The position numbers and the translations under genes are program-made. 64,000 bases of DNA, taken from NCBI GenBank assembly GCA_964415505.1, contig CAYQAR010000001.1:17908-81907 (forward strand), in the 5' to 3' direction. Below the pieces are notes generated by a model, which ran no database searches, was not told the origin of the DNA, and worked only from the letters and a program-made list of their open reading frames with translations. This DNA comes from an uncultured Chromatiaceae bacterium (GTDB taxonomy: Bacteria; Pseudomonadota; Gammaproteobacteria; Steroidobacterales; GCA-2729495). The stretch's first letter is position 1; every line of letters starts with the position of its first letter. Positions 49,023 to 60,187 of this stretch are shown here, one piece after another.

Positions 49023-50366
49023 ATGGCCGCCAAACCGCCACGCGAGGGCAGCCTCGAGGCACCGCGCCGGCATCCGCTCGACTGGCGCGATCCGGCGTTT
49101 TACGACGTTGCCGCCCTCGACCGGGAACTCGAGCGAGTTTTCGACATCTGCCACGGCTGCCGGCGCTGCTTCAGCCTGTGCAACGCCTTCCCGACGCTGT
49201 TCGACGCCATCGATGCCAGCCCCACGGGCGAACTCGACGGCGTGCCGAAGGCGGTGTACCGCGAGGTGGTCGATCACTGCTACCTCTGCGACATGTGCTT
49301 CATGACGAAGTGCCCGTACGTGCCGCCGCATCCCTGGAATGTGGACTTCCCGCACCTGATGCTGCGGGCGAAGGCCAGACGTTTTCGGGACGAAGGCGCA
49401 CCCTGGCGCGACCGCCTGCTCGCCGACACCGACACCGTCGGGCGACTTGCGGGCGTCCCGGTGGTGGCCGAGGTGGTCAACGCCGGCAATGCAACCGGTG
49501 TCGGGCGCGCGTTGCTCGAGCGCACGCTCGGGGTCGCGCGCGATGCACCGCTGCCGCGCTACGCCTCGCGCCCGGCACGTAAGCGGCTCGGCGTCGAGCG
49601 CCGGCTGCCGGTCGCACCGGCAGGTCCCGCTGGCGGGACCACGGGGCGCGTGGTGCTGTTCACCACCTGCTACGGTAACCGCAACCTGCCCGAGATGTGC
49701 ATGGACCTGGTGGCGGTGTTCGAGCACAACGGCATCGAAGTGCGGCTTGCCGACAGCGAGCGCTGCTGCGGCATGCCGAAGCTGGAAATCGGCGATCTCG
49801 AGTCGGTCGCCCGCTCGCGCGACGCCAATGTCCCCGGCCTCGCGCGCCTGGTTGGGCAGGGCTACGACATCGTCGCGCCGGTGCCTTCCTGCGTCCTCAT
49901 GTTCAAGCAGGAGTTGCCGCTGATGTTTCCGGACGATGCCGACGTGGCACGGGTGGCAGCGGCATTCTTCGATCCGTTCGCCTACCTGATGGCCCGGCAC
50001 AGGGCCGGCCAGCTACGCACGGACTTCAGCACCAGTCTCGGCAAGGTGGCCTATCACGTGCCCTGCCACCTGCGGGTACAGAACCTCGGCCTGAAGACCA
50101 GGGAGGTGCTGGAACTCGTGCCGGGCACGGAGGTGCAGGCCATCGAGCGCTGTTCGGGCCACGACGGCACCTATGGGGTGAAGCAGCGCTTCCGGGCTGC
50201 GTCGGTGAAGATTGCCGCCCCGGTGGTCGGTCGTGTGCGCGATGCCGATGCCGCTCACTTCACCAGCGACTGCCCGATGGCCGGCGCACAGATCGCCGGC
50301 GGGCTCCCCGACGGGCCGGAATCCGTGCACCCGCTCTCGCTGCTGCGACGCGCGTACGGGCTGTGA
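49023..50366 (+). CDS. Fe-S oxidoreductase (GlpC/HdrD-like, CCG domains)
   Basis: [29 protein letters not shown] and HVPCH motifs. Confidence 0.9.
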   Translation: MAAKPPREGSLEAPRRHPLDWRDPAFYDVAALDRELERVFDICHGCRRCFSLCNAFPTLFDAIDASPTGELDGVPKAVYREVVDHCYLCDMCFMTKCPYVPPHPWNVDFPHLMLRAKARRFRDEGAPWRDRLLADTDTVGRLAGVPVVAEVVNAGNATGVGRALLERTLGVARDAPLPRYASRPARKRLGVERRLPVAPAGPAGGTTGRVVLFTTCYGNRNLPEMCMDLVAVFEHNGIEVRLADSERCCGMPKLEIGDLESVARSRDANVPGLARLVGQGYDIVAPVPSCVLMFKQELPLMFPDDADVARVAAAFFDPFAYLMARHRAGQLRTDFSTSLGKVAYHVPCHLRVQNLGLKTREVLELVPGTEVQAIERCSGHDGTYGVKQRFRAASVKIAAPVVGRVRDADAAHFTSDCPMAGAQIAGGLPDGPESVHPLSLLRRAYGL

Positions 50367-50374
50367 GTCCCGGC

Positions 50375-50959
50375 ATGCACCGGCTCGCCCCGGACGACCT
50401 CTACAGCCTCGAGGAATATGCGCGCCAGCGTGCTGAATTCCGTGCACGGGTGATCGAGCACAAGGCGCACCGCAGGCTGGCGCTCGGTGAGCACCTGGTG
50501 CTCTGTTTCGAGGACCGGCTCACCGTCCAGTACCAGGTGCAGGAAATGCTGCGCATCGAGCGCATCTTCGAACCCGGCGACATCCATGCCGAACTCGCCG
50601 CCTACAACCCGCTGATCCCCGATGGCGGCAACTGGAAGGCGACGCTGATGATCGAGTACCCCGATCCGGAGGAACGGCGCCGCGAGCTCGCGCGCCTGGT
50701 CGGCGTCGAACGCGCCGTCTGGCTGCAGGTCGAGGGCTGCGGGCGGGTGCAGGCGATCGCCGACGAGGACCTCGAGCGCAGCACGGCGGAGAAGACCTCG
50801 GCGGTGCACTTCCTGCGCTTCGAACTTGCGCCGGCGATGGTCGCCGCGATGCACGCCGGGGCCGGGCTCGCCGCCGGTGTCGAGCATCCGGCGCTCACCG
50901 TGCGCATCGACACCGTCGCCGAGGTCGTGCGCGAGTCACTGGTCGCCGACCTCGACTGA
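50375..50959 (+). CDS. DUF3501 family protein
   Basis: YQVQEMLRIE, AYNPLIP and KTSAVHFLRF motifs; third gene of the rubrerythrin cluster. Confidence 0.9.
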   Translation: MHRLAPDDLYSLEEYARQRAEFRARVIEHKAHRRLALGEHLVLCFEDRLTVQYQVQEMLRIERIFEPGDIHAELAAYNPLIPDGGNWKATLMIEYPDPEERRRELARLVGVERAVWLQVEGCGRVQAIADEDLERSTAEKTSAVHFLRFELAPAMVAAMHAGAGLAAGVEHPALTVRIDTVAEVVRESLVADLD

Positions 50960-51038
50960 GCACCCGCGCGGTGCTAGCCGTCGCCAGGTCGCCGCGCTAC
51001 TATGCGCGCCGGGTTGTGCGCGGTTCCTGCGGCGAGCG

Positions 51039-52931
51039 ATGAGCACCAAATACGATGCCTCGGCGATCGAGGTCCTGAGCGGCCTCGATCCCGTGCGGCG
51101 CCGTCCGGGCATGTACACGGACACGTCGCGTCCCAATCATCTTGCGCACGAGGTCATCGACAACAGCGTCGACGAGGCGCTCGCCGGTCACTGCCGCCGC
51201 ATCCACGTCACGCTGTTCCGCGACGGCTCGCTGCAGGTGGCTGATGATGGCCGCGGCATGCCGGTCGACGTCCACCCGCAGGAGAAGGTGCCCGGCGTCG
51301 AACTGATCCTCACGCGACTGCACTCGGGGGCCAAGTTCTCCAGCAAGAGCTACCGTTTCTCAGGCGGGTTGCACGGCGTGGGCGTGTCGGTCGTCAATGC
51401 CCTGTCGCGCAACCTCGAGGTGTGGGTACGCCGCGACGGCCAGGAATACAACATGAGCTTCCGCGGCGGGGACCGCGCGAGCCGCCTCGAGGTGGTCGGC
51501 AAGGTCGGCAAGGCCAATACCGGCACCACGATCCGCTTCTGGCCCGATCCGAAGTACTTCGATTCCGACCGATTCTCGGTACCGGCGCTGCGCCATGCCC
51601 TGCAGGCCAAAGCCGTGCTCTGCCCGGGTCTCAAGGTCGTGTTCGAAGTCGAGCACCCGGCGCAGCTGGACGAGTGGGAGTACCGCGACGGTCTCGGCCA
51701 GTACCTCACGGAGTCGATCGGCGATGCCGGTGCACTGCCGGCCCCGCCGTTCACCGGCGAAGCGCGCGGCCAGCACGAGGAAGTGCAGTGGGCGCTTTGC
51801 TGGATCACCGGCGAGGCGGTTGCACTCACCGAGTCCTATGTCAACCTGATCCCCACGCCCCAGGGCGGCACGCATGTGAGCGGCCTGCGCGCCGGGCTCA
51901 CGGATGCGCTGCGCGCGTACTGCGAGTTCAGGAGCCTGCTGCCGCGCGGGGTGCGTCTGGCGCCCGAGGATGTGTGGGAGGGCGCGGCGTACGTGCTGTC
52001 GGTGAAGCTCGAGGACCCGCAGTTCTCCGGGCAGACCAAGGAGCGCCTGTCCTCGCGCGAGTGCAGCGCCTTCGTCTCCGGGATCGTCAAGGATACGTTC
52101 GCACTCTGGCTCAACCAGCACCCGGAGACCGGCGACCAGATCGCGTTGCGCGCGATCGCCGCAGCGCAGGACCGGCTGAAGGCGAGCCGCACCGTGGTGC
52201 GCAAGAAGGTCGTCTCCGGCCCTGCTTTGCCCGGCAAGCTCGCCGACTGCACCAGCGAGGATGCCACCGCCGGGGAGCTGTTCCTGGTGGAGGGCGACTC
52301 GGCCGGCGGCTCGGCCAAGCAGGCGCGCGACCGGCGCTTCCAGGCGGTGCTGCCGTTGCGGGGCAAGATCCTCAACGCCTGGGAAGTCGAACAGGCCGAG
52401 CTGCTCGCTTCGCAGGAGGTCCACAACATCAGCCTCGCGATCGGCGTCGAGCCGGGCAGCGCCGACCTCGCCAGCCTGCGCTATCACAAGGTCTGCATCC
52501 TCGCCGATGCGGATTCCGACGGCCAGCACATCGCCACGCTGATCTGCGCGCTGTTCCTGCGCCACTTTCCGCAGCTGGTGCATGCGGGGCACGTATACGT
52601 CGCCATGCCGCCGCTGTACCGGGTCGACGTCGGCCGCGAGGTCTTCTACGCGCTCGACGACGCCGAGCGCCAGGGCATCCTCGACCGCATCGAGGCGGAG
52701 AAGCTCAGGGGCAAGGTGAGCGTGACGCGCTTCAAGGGACTCGGCGAGATGAGCCCGGGCCAGCTGCGCGAGACCACCATGGCGCCGGAAACGCGCCGCC
52801 TGGTCCAGCTCACGGTCGACGGGCAGGACCAGACCGAGCAGTTGCTCGACATGCTGCTCGCCAAGAAGCGCGCGGCCGAGCGGCGCAGCTGGATCGAGAC
52901 CAAGGGCAACCTCGCCCAGGTGCAGGCCTGA
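51039..52931 (+). CDS. parE: DNA topoisomerase IV subunit B
   Basis: [24 protein letters not shown] and RFKGLGEM motifs; no GyrB insertion. Confidence 0.97.
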   Translation: MSTKYDASAIEVLSGLDPVRRRPGMYTDTSRPNHLAHEVIDNSVDEALAGHCRRIHVTLFRDGSLQVADDGRGMPVDVHPQEKVPGVELILTRLHSGAKFSSKSYRFSGGLHGVGVSVVNALSRNLEVWVRRDGQEYNMSFRGGDRASRLEVVGKVGKANTGTTIRFWPDPKYFDSDRFSVPALRHALQAKAVLCPGLKVVFEVEHPAQLDEWEYRDGLGQYLTESIGDAGALPAPPFTGEARGQHEEVQWALCWITGEAVALTESYVNLIPTPQGGTHVSGLRAGLTDALRAYCEFRSLLPRGVRLAPEDVWEGAAYVLSVKLEDPQFSGQTKERLSSRECSAFVSGIVKDTFALWLNQHPETGDQIALRAIAAAQDRLKASRTVVRKKVVSGPALPGKLADCTSEDATAGELFLVEGDSAGGSAKQARDRRFQAVLPLRGKILNAWEVEQAELLASQEVHNISLAIGVEPGSADLASLRYHKVCILADADSDGQHIATLICALFLRHFPQLVHAGHVYVAMPPLYRVDVGREVFYALDDAERQGILDRIEAEKLRGKVSVTRFKGLGEMSPGQLRETTMAPETRRLVQLTVDGQDQTEQLLDMLLAKKRAAERRSWIETKGNLAQVQA

Positions 52932-52944
52932 GCCGGGTACCGCC

Positions 52945-55215
52945 ATGACGAAGCAGAGCACACTCGACTTCGAGGGCATCGAGCGGCTGCCGCTGCGCGA
53001 GTTCGCCGAGCGCGCGTATCTCGACTATTCGATGTACGTGATCCTCGATCGCGCCTTGCCGCACATTGCCGACGGGCTCAAGCCCGTGCAGCGGCGCATC
53101 GTCTACGCGATGAGCGAGCTCGGGCTGGCCGCTGGCGCCAAGCACAAGAAGTCCGCGCGCACGGTCGGCGACGTCATCGGCAAGTTCCACCCGCACGGCG
53201 ACTCTGCCTGCTACGAGGCCATGGTGCACATGGCCCAGGACTTTTCCTATCGCTATCCGATCATCGACGGCCAGGGCAACTGGGGCTCGGCCGACGACCC
53301 GAAGTCCTTTGCCGCCATGCGCTACACCGAGGCGCGGTTGCGGCCCTACGCTTCGGTCCTGCTTGCCGAACTCGAGCAGGGCACGGTGGAGTGGGTGCCG
53401 AATTTCGACGGTACGCTGCGCGAGCCGGCGCTGCTGCCGGCACGGTTGCCGAACCTGCTGCTCAACGGCGCCACCGGCATCGCGGTCGGCATGTCCACCG
53501 ACATCCCGCCGCATAACCTGCGCGAAGTTGCTGCCGGCCTGGTGCGGCTCATCGACGACCCGGACCTCTCTGTCCGCCAGCTGCTGCGCACGATCAAGGG
53601 GCCGGATTTTCCCACCGGCGGGGAGATCGTTTCGGGTCGCGACGAGATCGCCGGGATCTACACGCGCGGCACCGGCACCTTGCGGGTGCGCGCCACCTGG
53701 AGCATGGAGGATGGCAGCATCGTCATCGACAGCCTGCCGTACCAGGCCTCCGGCGCGCGCGTGCTCGAGCAGATCGCCACGCAGATGCGGGCGAAGAAGC
53801 TGCCGATGGTCGAGGACCTGCGTGACGAGTCCGACGAGGACGAGCCCACGCGCCTGGTGATCACGGTGCGCTCCAATCGCGTCGACACCGATGCCCTGAT
53901 GCTGCACCTGTTCGCGACCACGGACCTCGAGAAGACGCTGCGCGTCAACCTGAACGTCATCGGCACGGACGGGCGTCCCGCGGTGCGTGACCTGCGCGCG
54001 CTGCTGCTCGACTGGCTCGAGTTCCGGCTCGAGACCGTCAGGAAGCGCCTGCGCTTCCGGCTCGAGCGGGTGGAGGAGCGGCTGCACATCCTCGATGGCC
54101 TGCTCATCGCCTATCTCAACGTCGACGAGGTGATCCGCATCATCCGTCGCGAGGACGAGCCCAAGCCGGTGCTCATGAAGAAGTTCCGGCTTAGCGACGC
54201 GCAGGCCGAAGCGATTCTCAACCTGCGCCTGCGTCACCTGGCAAAACTCGAGGAGATGAAGATCCGCGCCGAGCAGGAGGAGCTGGCGGCTGAGCGCGAG
54301 CAGCTCGACCGCATCCTGCGCAGCCCGGCGAAGCTGCGCTCCCTGGTGCGCGAGGAGATCGAACAGCTCGCCGGGGAGTTCGGCGACGAGCGCCGCACGG
54401 TGCTCGTCGAGCGCGCTGCCGCCCAGGCCATGGCCGAGGAAGATCTGGTGCCGGCCGAGCCGGTCACCGTCGTGCTGTCGGAGCGCGGCTGGGTGCGCGC
54501 GGCCAAGGGCCACGACATCGACCCGGGCACCCTCAGCTTCAAGACCGGCGACGGGTTTCTTTGTGCCGCGCGCGGGCGCAGCACCCAGCTCGCCGTCTTC
54601 CTCGACTCGACCGGGCGCGCCTACAGCCTGCCCGCGCATTCGCTGCCCTCGGCGCGCGGGCAGGGCGAGCCGCTGTCGGGGCGATTCAACCCGCCGGACG
54701 GAGCGAGCTTCCGCGGTGCGATGATCGGCGAACCGGCGCAGCGCTGGCTGGTGGCGAGTTCCGCCGGCTACGGCTTCTTCGTCCAGCTCGGCGAGCTGCA
54801 CTCGCGCAACCGTGCCGGCAAGTCAACGCTGAAGCTCAAGCCCGGCTGGGACGTGATCGTGCCGGCCGCTGCGCCGCCGGGTGATTTTCCGGGTGCTGCA
54901 CGCTTAGCGGCCGTCAGCTCGGCCGGTCACCTGCTGGTGTTCCCGGCCGCCGACCTGCCGGAACTGCCGCGCGGCAAGGGCAACCGCATCCTCGGCATCC
55001 CGGCGGCGAAGCTAAAGTCGGGCGAGGAGCGGCTGGTCGGCGTAGCCGTGCTCGGGCCAGGCGATGATCTGCGGGTGCAGAGCGGCACGCGCACCATGAC
55101 GTTGACGCCTGGCGATCTCGCTCACTACGCGGGGGAGCGTGGCCACCGCGGGCTGGTCCTGCCCCGCGGCTGGCGCACGGTGGAAGCTATCGAAGCGGCC
55201 CGGCCGGCCGGGTGA
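52945..55215 (+). CDS. parC: DNA topoisomerase IV subunit A
   Basis: [26 protein letters not shown] and AAMRYTEA motifs. Confidence 0.97.
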   Translation: MTKQSTLDFEGIERLPLREFAERAYLDYSMYVILDRALPHIADGLKPVQRRIVYAMSELGLAAGAKHKKSARTVGDVIGKFHPHGDSACYEAMVHMAQDFSYRYPIIDGQGNWGSADDPKSFAAMRYTEARLRPYASVLLAELEQGTVEWVPNFDGTLREPALLPARLPNLLLNGATGIAVGMSTDIPPHNLREVAAGLVRLIDDPDLSVRQLLRTIKGPDFPTGGEIVSGRDEIAGIYTRGTGTLRVRATWSMEDGSIVIDSLPYQASGARVLEQIATQMRAKKLPMVEDLRDESDEDEPTRLVITVRSNRVDTDALMLHLFATTDLEKTLRVNLNVIGTDGRPAVRDLRALLLDWLEFRLETVRKRLRFRLERVEERLHILDGLLIAYLNVDEVIRIIRREDEPKPVLMKKFRLSDAQAEAILNLRLRHLAKLEEMKIRAEQEELAAEREQLDRILRSPAKLRSLVREEIEQLAGEFGDERRTVLVERAAAQAMAEEDLVPAEPVTVVLSERGWVRAAKGHDIDPGTLSFKTGDGFLCAARGRSTQLAVFLDSTGRAYSLPAHSLPSARGQGEPLSGRFNPPDGASFRGAMIGEPAQRWLVASSAGYGFFVQLGELHSRNRAGKSTLKLKPGWDVIVPAAAPPGDFPGAARLAAVSSAGHLLVFPAADLPELPRGKGNRILGIPAAKLKSGEERLVGVAVLGPGDDLRVQSGTRTMTLTPGDLAHYAGERGHRGLVLPRGWRTVEAIEAARPAG

Positions 55216-55225
55216 GGCTGGCGCC

Positions 55226-56992
55226 TCAGCGGCGCGGCAGCTGGTCGGTGCCGGTGCGCACCAGAGTGTCGTCGTCCTCGTCGGCCAGGATGCGGTTCAG
55301 CTTGCTCTGGTCGATCACCTGGCTGGCGGTGAGGTTCGACTCGTAGTCGTTCTCGAGCAGGTCGAGCGCGTCGCGCAGCGTACGCGACACTTCATCGTCG
55401 TCCACCGCGCGCTGCGACAAGGTCTGCAGGTCGATGTGCTCGATGGTCTCGGCGTCTGTGCCGCCGAGGCGTGGCATGTCCTCGGTCGGGCTGATCGAGG
55501 TGTCGTCGCCGAGCCAGCCGATGTCCTCGTCGATCGGGCCGTCCGGGGTGGCCGCACTGAGGTCGAGGTCGAGGTCGGCGACATCGGGCAGGTCCGAGGC
55601 GCCGACGTCAGCGACGTCCTCGTCGATCGGATCCGCACCGCTGAACTGTTTCAGGTCGCGTGCGGCCGGCGCACTGGCCTGATCGGCCCGATCCACGCCG
55701 CGTCGTTCGCTTGCCGGCATCGCGTCACGGCCGAAGCGGCCGGTGGTCTCCGCAGCGTGTTCTTCGACCACCATCGACGATTCGCGGGATGGACGGGTCT
55801 TCACGGGCGCGGGTGTCGGCACGACCGACGGTTCCGGCACCGGCATGACCGGCGCGATCGCTGTCGCGGGCGCCCGGTGTGGCCACAGGTTGCGCAGAGC
55901 GGTGAACAGGCGGTCGCGCAACAGGGCGAGGCTCGCCAGGGCACCGATCAGCATTCCGACCAGTACAGCCAGCCAGGCCGGCGCTGCGCGGTCCGCGGGC
56001 GCTGCGACCGCCGAATCCGACGTGGCGGTTTCCGTGACCGGCGCCGTGACAGGCGGGGCAGACGGCTGCTCGTCGGCGAAGACAGTGGCAGCAGGCGCGT
56101 CGACCGGCGCCGTTGCGGTAGCGCTGACTGCGGGCGGCAGGACTGCCGGCTCGGCGCCGATGGCCGGCGGCTCCGGCACGGCGTTGGCCGGCGGCGTCAC
56201 CGCCGCGGCCGTCGCTGCCACATCGGCGGCCGCTACCGGCGCGGGTGGCGGTGCCGTGGCTGCCGCCACAGCACCCTGCGGGATCGTGATCTCGCTGCCG
56301 AGCTTGATCAGGTCAGGATTGCCGCCGATGAAAGCCGCCGGATTGGCGGCGAAGATCGCATCGGCCGTGGCCCAGAGACCCTGGCCGCCGTTTACGCGTG
56401 CGGCGATGGTGGAAAGCGTGTCACCGGCCTGCACTCGATAGTGCGTGCCCTGTTCGATCGGGGTCGACGGTGCCGGCACTGTCCGGCGCGGACGGGGTGG
56501 CACCGCGGTGCCTGCCTCGGAGGCGGTTGCGGGCGGGTTGGCTGCCGGCACTGCCACCGTGGCGTTCGCAGCCGGTACCATGGCCGGAGGCGTACCCGGG
56601 AGGTCGAGCATCAGCACGTACTGGCGCACCACCAGGGCGGTGCCCGGGCAACGCACCTGCAGGTGCAGTTCGTACATCGGTTCGTACAGCGCCTGCGTGG
56701 TGGTGACACGCAGGTCGTAGATGCCCCCGACGGCCGTCTCCGGCACGGTCACCACCGGACGCGGCAGGGCGCCGAGTTCGGTGTTTGCCCCGGCAGGCAC
56801 GGTCACACAGCTGCCGACGAGGGTTTCGCCAGCCTGCAGGACGACGGGAACGCGGGCGCTCAGTGGCTGGCCGAGGGCCGACTCGAGCTGCAACTCGCCG
56901 AGCGTCACCGCACGGGCGGGATTGAGTACCGCGGCGATGGCACTGCCGAGAGCAAGCGCGCCGGCGGCAAGGCGTCGTTTGTCGATGCGCAC
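55226..56992 (-). CDS. FimV-like protein (FimV N-domain, LysM, TM, acidic tail)
   Basis: LGELQLESALGQPL, VQAGDTLSTIA..IFAANPAAF.GGNPDLIK, Pro/Ala linker, TM helix, acidic C-terminus; start uncertain. Confidence 0.8.
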   Translation of the reverse strand: MRIDKRRLAAGALALGSAIAAVLNPARAVTLGELQLESALGQPLSARVPVVLQAGETLVGSCVTVPAGANTELGALPRPVVTVPETAVGGIYDLRVTTTQALYEPMYELHLQVRCPGTALVVRQYVLMLDLPGTPPAMVPAANATVAVPAANPPATASEAGTAVPPRPRRTVPAPSTPIEQGTHYRVQAGDTLSTIAARVNGGQGLWATADAIFAANPAAFIGGNPDLIKLGSEITIPQGAVAAATAPPPAPVAAADVAATAAAVTPPANAVPEPPAIGAEPAVLPPAVSATATAPVDAPAATVFADEQPSAPPVTAPVTETATSDSAVAAPADRAAPAWLAVLVGMLIGALASLALLRDRLFTALRNLWPHRAPATAIAPVMPVPEPSVVPTPAPVKTRPSRESSMVVEEHAAETTGRFGRDAMPASERRGVDRADQASAPAARDLKQFSGADPIDEDVADVGASDLPDVADLDLDLSAATPDGPIDEDIGWLGDDTSISPTEDMPRLGGTDAETIEHIDLQTLSQRAVDDDEVSRTLRDALDLLENDYESNLTASQVIDQSKLNRILADEDDDTLVRTGTDQLPRR

Positions 56993-57218
56993 CGCCGCCG
57001 TAGCCCGCGCCGTACGCCGGTGACTTTCCTGGACGAGCTGCCGGTTCAATACCGGTGCGTCTTGGCCGCGACCCATAACGATCTCGCTCCGAAACAAGCG
57101 TTGGCAGCGTTTTGCAGAATCCCGGCCGCAACGATAGATATTTGTCAATAAGCCCGTAAACGAATCGGGTCTCGTTTCCGGATGCGCAGCGGCACTGCCG
57201 CGGTCGTGGTGTGAAAAC

Positions 57219-57234
57219 TGCGACACGCGTCACA
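57219..57234. promoter_or_regulatory. CRP/Vfr/Clp-like binding site
   Basis: TGCGA-CACGCG-TCACA, 9/10 match to TGTGA-N6-TCACA, upstream of the fimV-like gene. Confidence 0.55.
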
Positions 57235-57253
57235 CGTGCCTGGCGGCCCTGCC

Positions 57254-59344
57254 TCAGCCGGTCGCGCGACCCTCGGCACCCGGGGCGCTCTCGAGGACCA
57301 CGCCGCGGGTCTGGACGAAATTGCCCTGGAAATAGGCGATGCCGAGCTGCCAGAGCACGGCCATGGTCTTGGCGTCCTCGACCCGCTCGGCAATGGTGCG
57401 GATGTTGAGCTTGCGGGCCACCTGGGCCAGTGCGCTGACCTTGCGTTGCTGGTCGGAGTCGCGGTGCAGCCCCTGCATCAGGCTGCCGTCGATCTTCATG
57501 AACTGCATCGGTATATGGTGCAGAAGCTGGGTCGAGTCACGGCCGGTGCCGACGTGGTCGATCGCAAAGAGGAAGCCGGCGGCGGCGAGTTTCTCCGAGA
57601 GCTCGCGTGTCTGGCGTGTCTGTTGTGCGGCAACTTCCTCACTGACCTGGAAACATACCCGCTGCGCAGGCACCTTCATGCTGCGCAGGCGGGCGTTCAG
57701 CCACTCGGCCAGTGTTTCGTCGACGACCGAGTCGCGTGACAAACGCACGAATACCAGGGTTGGCTGCTTGGTGGCGCAGAACGAGAGCGAGGCGCCGATC
57801 ACCCAGCGGTCCACGTTCTTGATCATGTGCGCGCGTTCGGCTGGCGGCACGAACTCGTTGGGCAGAATGAGGTTGCCGGCTTCGTCGACCATGCGCACCA
57901 GGGTGTCGAACATGCCCTGGACTTCCTCGGTGAGGCTCGCGATTGGCTGATGGACGAGGCGGAAGCGGTTCTGCATCAGCGCGGTGCGGATGCGTGGCAC
58001 CCAGGTTGCATCGAGTACGCGCACTCTCTGGGTAGCGGAAGTCGAGTCGCAGAGCTCCACGCGGTTGCCACCGGCATCGCGGCCGGTGCGGCAGGCCTTC
58101 TCCGCGGCGGTCAGGAGTTCCGCGACGCCGTTGGCTTCACTGCCGATCTCGGTGAGCCCGACGGTGCAGGTCAGGGTGGTCGACTGATGGTCGACCTCGA
58201 ACACCCGGCCGGCAACGGCCTTGCGCACCTGCTCGGCCCAGGACTCGATGTCGTTCATGGTGCCGCGCTCGACGATGGCGGCGAAGATCGTGCCGCCGAA
58301 CCGCCCACACAGGTCGTTCGGCTGCAGCAGTTCGCGCAGCAGTTCGGCGAGGCGCAGAATCAGTGCCTCGGTACCGAGCAAGCCGACGTCGCGGTGCACG
58401 CGTGAGAAGTGATCCGGACGGATGTAGGCGAGGGCCCGCACGCCCCCCGTCAGGGGCTTCTGCAGCCGCTGGTCCATCTGCTCGAGGAAGTGGTGGCGCA
58501 ACAGCAAGCCCGTGGAGGGATCTTTCCACAGGGCCTGTTCGACCAGTTCCTCGGGCGGTGCCTCCGCCGGACGCTCGGCGGGCACGATCACGCGCACCGC
58601 GGGCTCGCCATCGACGGTGACCCGCTGCAGTTTCAGTTCCAGGCCTATGCCGGAGCCATCGCGACGCTCACCCGTGACCTGCAGGCTGGCGTCGTGCCAC
58701 TTGCCCTTGAGGCAGGCCTGCATCGCGCCCTTCAGGCTCGGCTGGTCCTTGTCGCAGAACAGGTCCATGAACGGCTGGCCTGCGAGGTCCTGCTCGTCCT
58801 CGAGCCCGAACATCGCCAGCCAGGCGGGATTGGCCGTGATGACGATGCCTTCCAGGACGTCGACGATCGCCTCGGTCGCGCCCTTCATCAGGTTGCGCAG
58901 TTCCTGCTTGTACTGCGTGGCCGACGACAGCACGCCGTCGAGCGCCGCCTGCAGGCGGCGTGCCCGCAGTTCGCGCTCGACCACGGCCTGCAGCCGTCCC
59001 TTGTGGGTGAGGGAGACGACGTCGCGCACGCCGGCAGCGACCGCATCGGCGATGCTGCGCTCGGTGACCTGCTGGCGCACCAGCAGCACGGGAATCGGCG
59101 GGTTGCGACGGAAGATGGTGCCGGAGAGGCCGGTGAGGTCGAGGTCCGGTTCGTCGGCGAAGATCAGGACCAGTTCGGGCGGCTGCTCGGCGATCGCTTC
59201 CTCGAGCGCCGCCGGCTCGTCGACGCGCCGGCAGTGCACGGCGTGCCCGGCCTCGCGCAGGACTGAATTGATCGCGGCGAGATGATCGTCGAGGCGACTG
59301 ACGACGATCAGAGGCACACCAACTGCGTTCGCCAATGTCCGCAT
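57254..59344 (-). CDS. FimX-like REC-PAS-GGDEF-EAL protein with degenerate catalytic motifs
   Basis: Domain order REC-like/PAS/GGDEF/EAL; GGTIF replaces GGDEF; DTLVR replaces EAL; IDHVG replaces DDFG. Confidence 0.85.
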   Translation of the reverse strand: MRTLANAVGVPLIVVSRLDDHLAAINSVLREAGHAVHCRRVDEPAALEEAIAEQPPELVLIFADEPDLDLTGLSGTIFRRNPPIPVLLVRQQVTERSIADAVAAGVRDVVSLTHKGRLQAVVERELRARRLQAALDGVLSSATQYKQELRNLMKGATEAIVDVLEGIVITANPAWLAMFGLEDEQDLAGQPFMDLFCDKDQPSLKGAMQACLKGKWHDASLQVTGERRDGSGIGLELKLQRVTVDGEPAVRVIVPAERPAEAPPEELVEQALWKDPSTGLLLRHHFLEQMDQRLQKPLTGGVRALAYIRPDHFSRVHRDVGLLGTEALILRLAELLRELLQPNDLCGRFGGTIFAAIVERGTMNDIESWAEQVRKAVAGRVFEVDHQSTTLTCTVGLTEIGSEANGVAELLTAAEKACRTGRDAGGNRVELCDSTSATQRVRVLDATWVPRIRTALMQNRFRLVHQPIASLTEEVQGMFDTLVRMVDEAGNLILPNEFVPPAERAHMIKNVDRWVIGASLSFCATKQPTLVFVRLSRDSVVDETLAEWLNARLRSMKVPAQRVCFQVSEEVAAQQTRQTRELSEKLAAAGFLFAIDHVGTGRDSTQLLHHIPMQFMKIDGSLMQGLHRDSDQQRKVSALAQVARKLNIRTIAERVEDAKTMAVLWQLGIAYFQGNFVQTRGVVLESAPGAEGRATG

Positions 59345-59596
59345 CCCAGGCCGGCCAGAGAACCCCATCCCGAACAGCCTGCGCAGGCTGACGGCGCGCT
59401 GCATTCTGCCGGTGGCCGGCAGGGGATTATGTGACCCGTGTCTGGTTATGTGACCTGCCGGCAATTATGTCAGCACGCTGCGGACAAAGGCCTTAGAATG
59501 GCGCCCGCCCCGCCGGGGCAAGCCCGTCACGTCGGCAGCAGCGCGGGGCCGCCGCGATGGTTGCAGCTGCACGACCCGCACGCCCTTCGAACCACC

Positions 59597-60163
59597 ATGG
59601 CCAGGTACAGCACCAGCGAATTCAAGGCGGGCGTCAAGCTCCTGCTCGACGGCGATCCCTATGTCGTGATCGAGAACGAGTTCGTCAAGCCCGGCAAGGG
59701 CCAGGCGTTCAACCGCGTGCGCGTGCGCAACCTCAAGACCGGGCGCACCGTGGAGAAGACCTTCAAGTCGGGCGACACGGCCGAGGGCGCTGACGTCATG
59801 ACCACGCCCATGCAGTACCTCTACAACGACGGCGATACTTGGTACTTCATGGAACCGGAGACCTTCGAGCAGCACGCCGCCGGCGCCGCGCCGGTGGGCG
59901 AGGCGAAGGAGTGGCTGAAGGAACAGATGCTCTGCAATATCACGCTGTGGAACGGCCAGCCGCTGCTGGTCGAGCCACCGCCGCACGCTGAACTGAAGAT
60001 CGTGCAGACCGACCCCGGCGTGCGCGGCGACACCGCTACCGGCGGCATGAAGCCGGCCACGCTCGAGACCGGCGCCGTCGTCAAGGTGCCGCTGTTCATC
60101 GAGGAAGGGGAAACGATCAAGGTCGATACGCGCACCGGGGAATACATCTCGCGCGTGCGCTGA
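59597..60163 (+). CDS. efp: Elongation factor P
   Basis: [16 protein letters not shown] and DTRTGEY motifs. Confidence 0.97.
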   Translation: MARYSTSEFKAGVKLLLDGDPYVVIENEFVKPGKGQAFNRVRVRNLKTGRTVEKTFKSGDTAEGADVMTTPMQYLYNDGDTWYFMEPETFEQHAAGAAPVGEAKEWLKEQMLCNITLWNGQPLLVEPPPHAELKIVQTDPGVRGDTATGGMKPATLETGAVVKVPLFIEEGETIKVDTRTGEYISRVR

Positions 60164-60187
60164 GCAGGCCGGACGTTCCTCCGGTCT

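Noticed and set aside
51672..51681. GAGTGGGAGT resembling the guaA-type att core
   Set aside because: Lies in frame within parE (DEWEY), lacks the stop codon and the upstream GACGGT motifs
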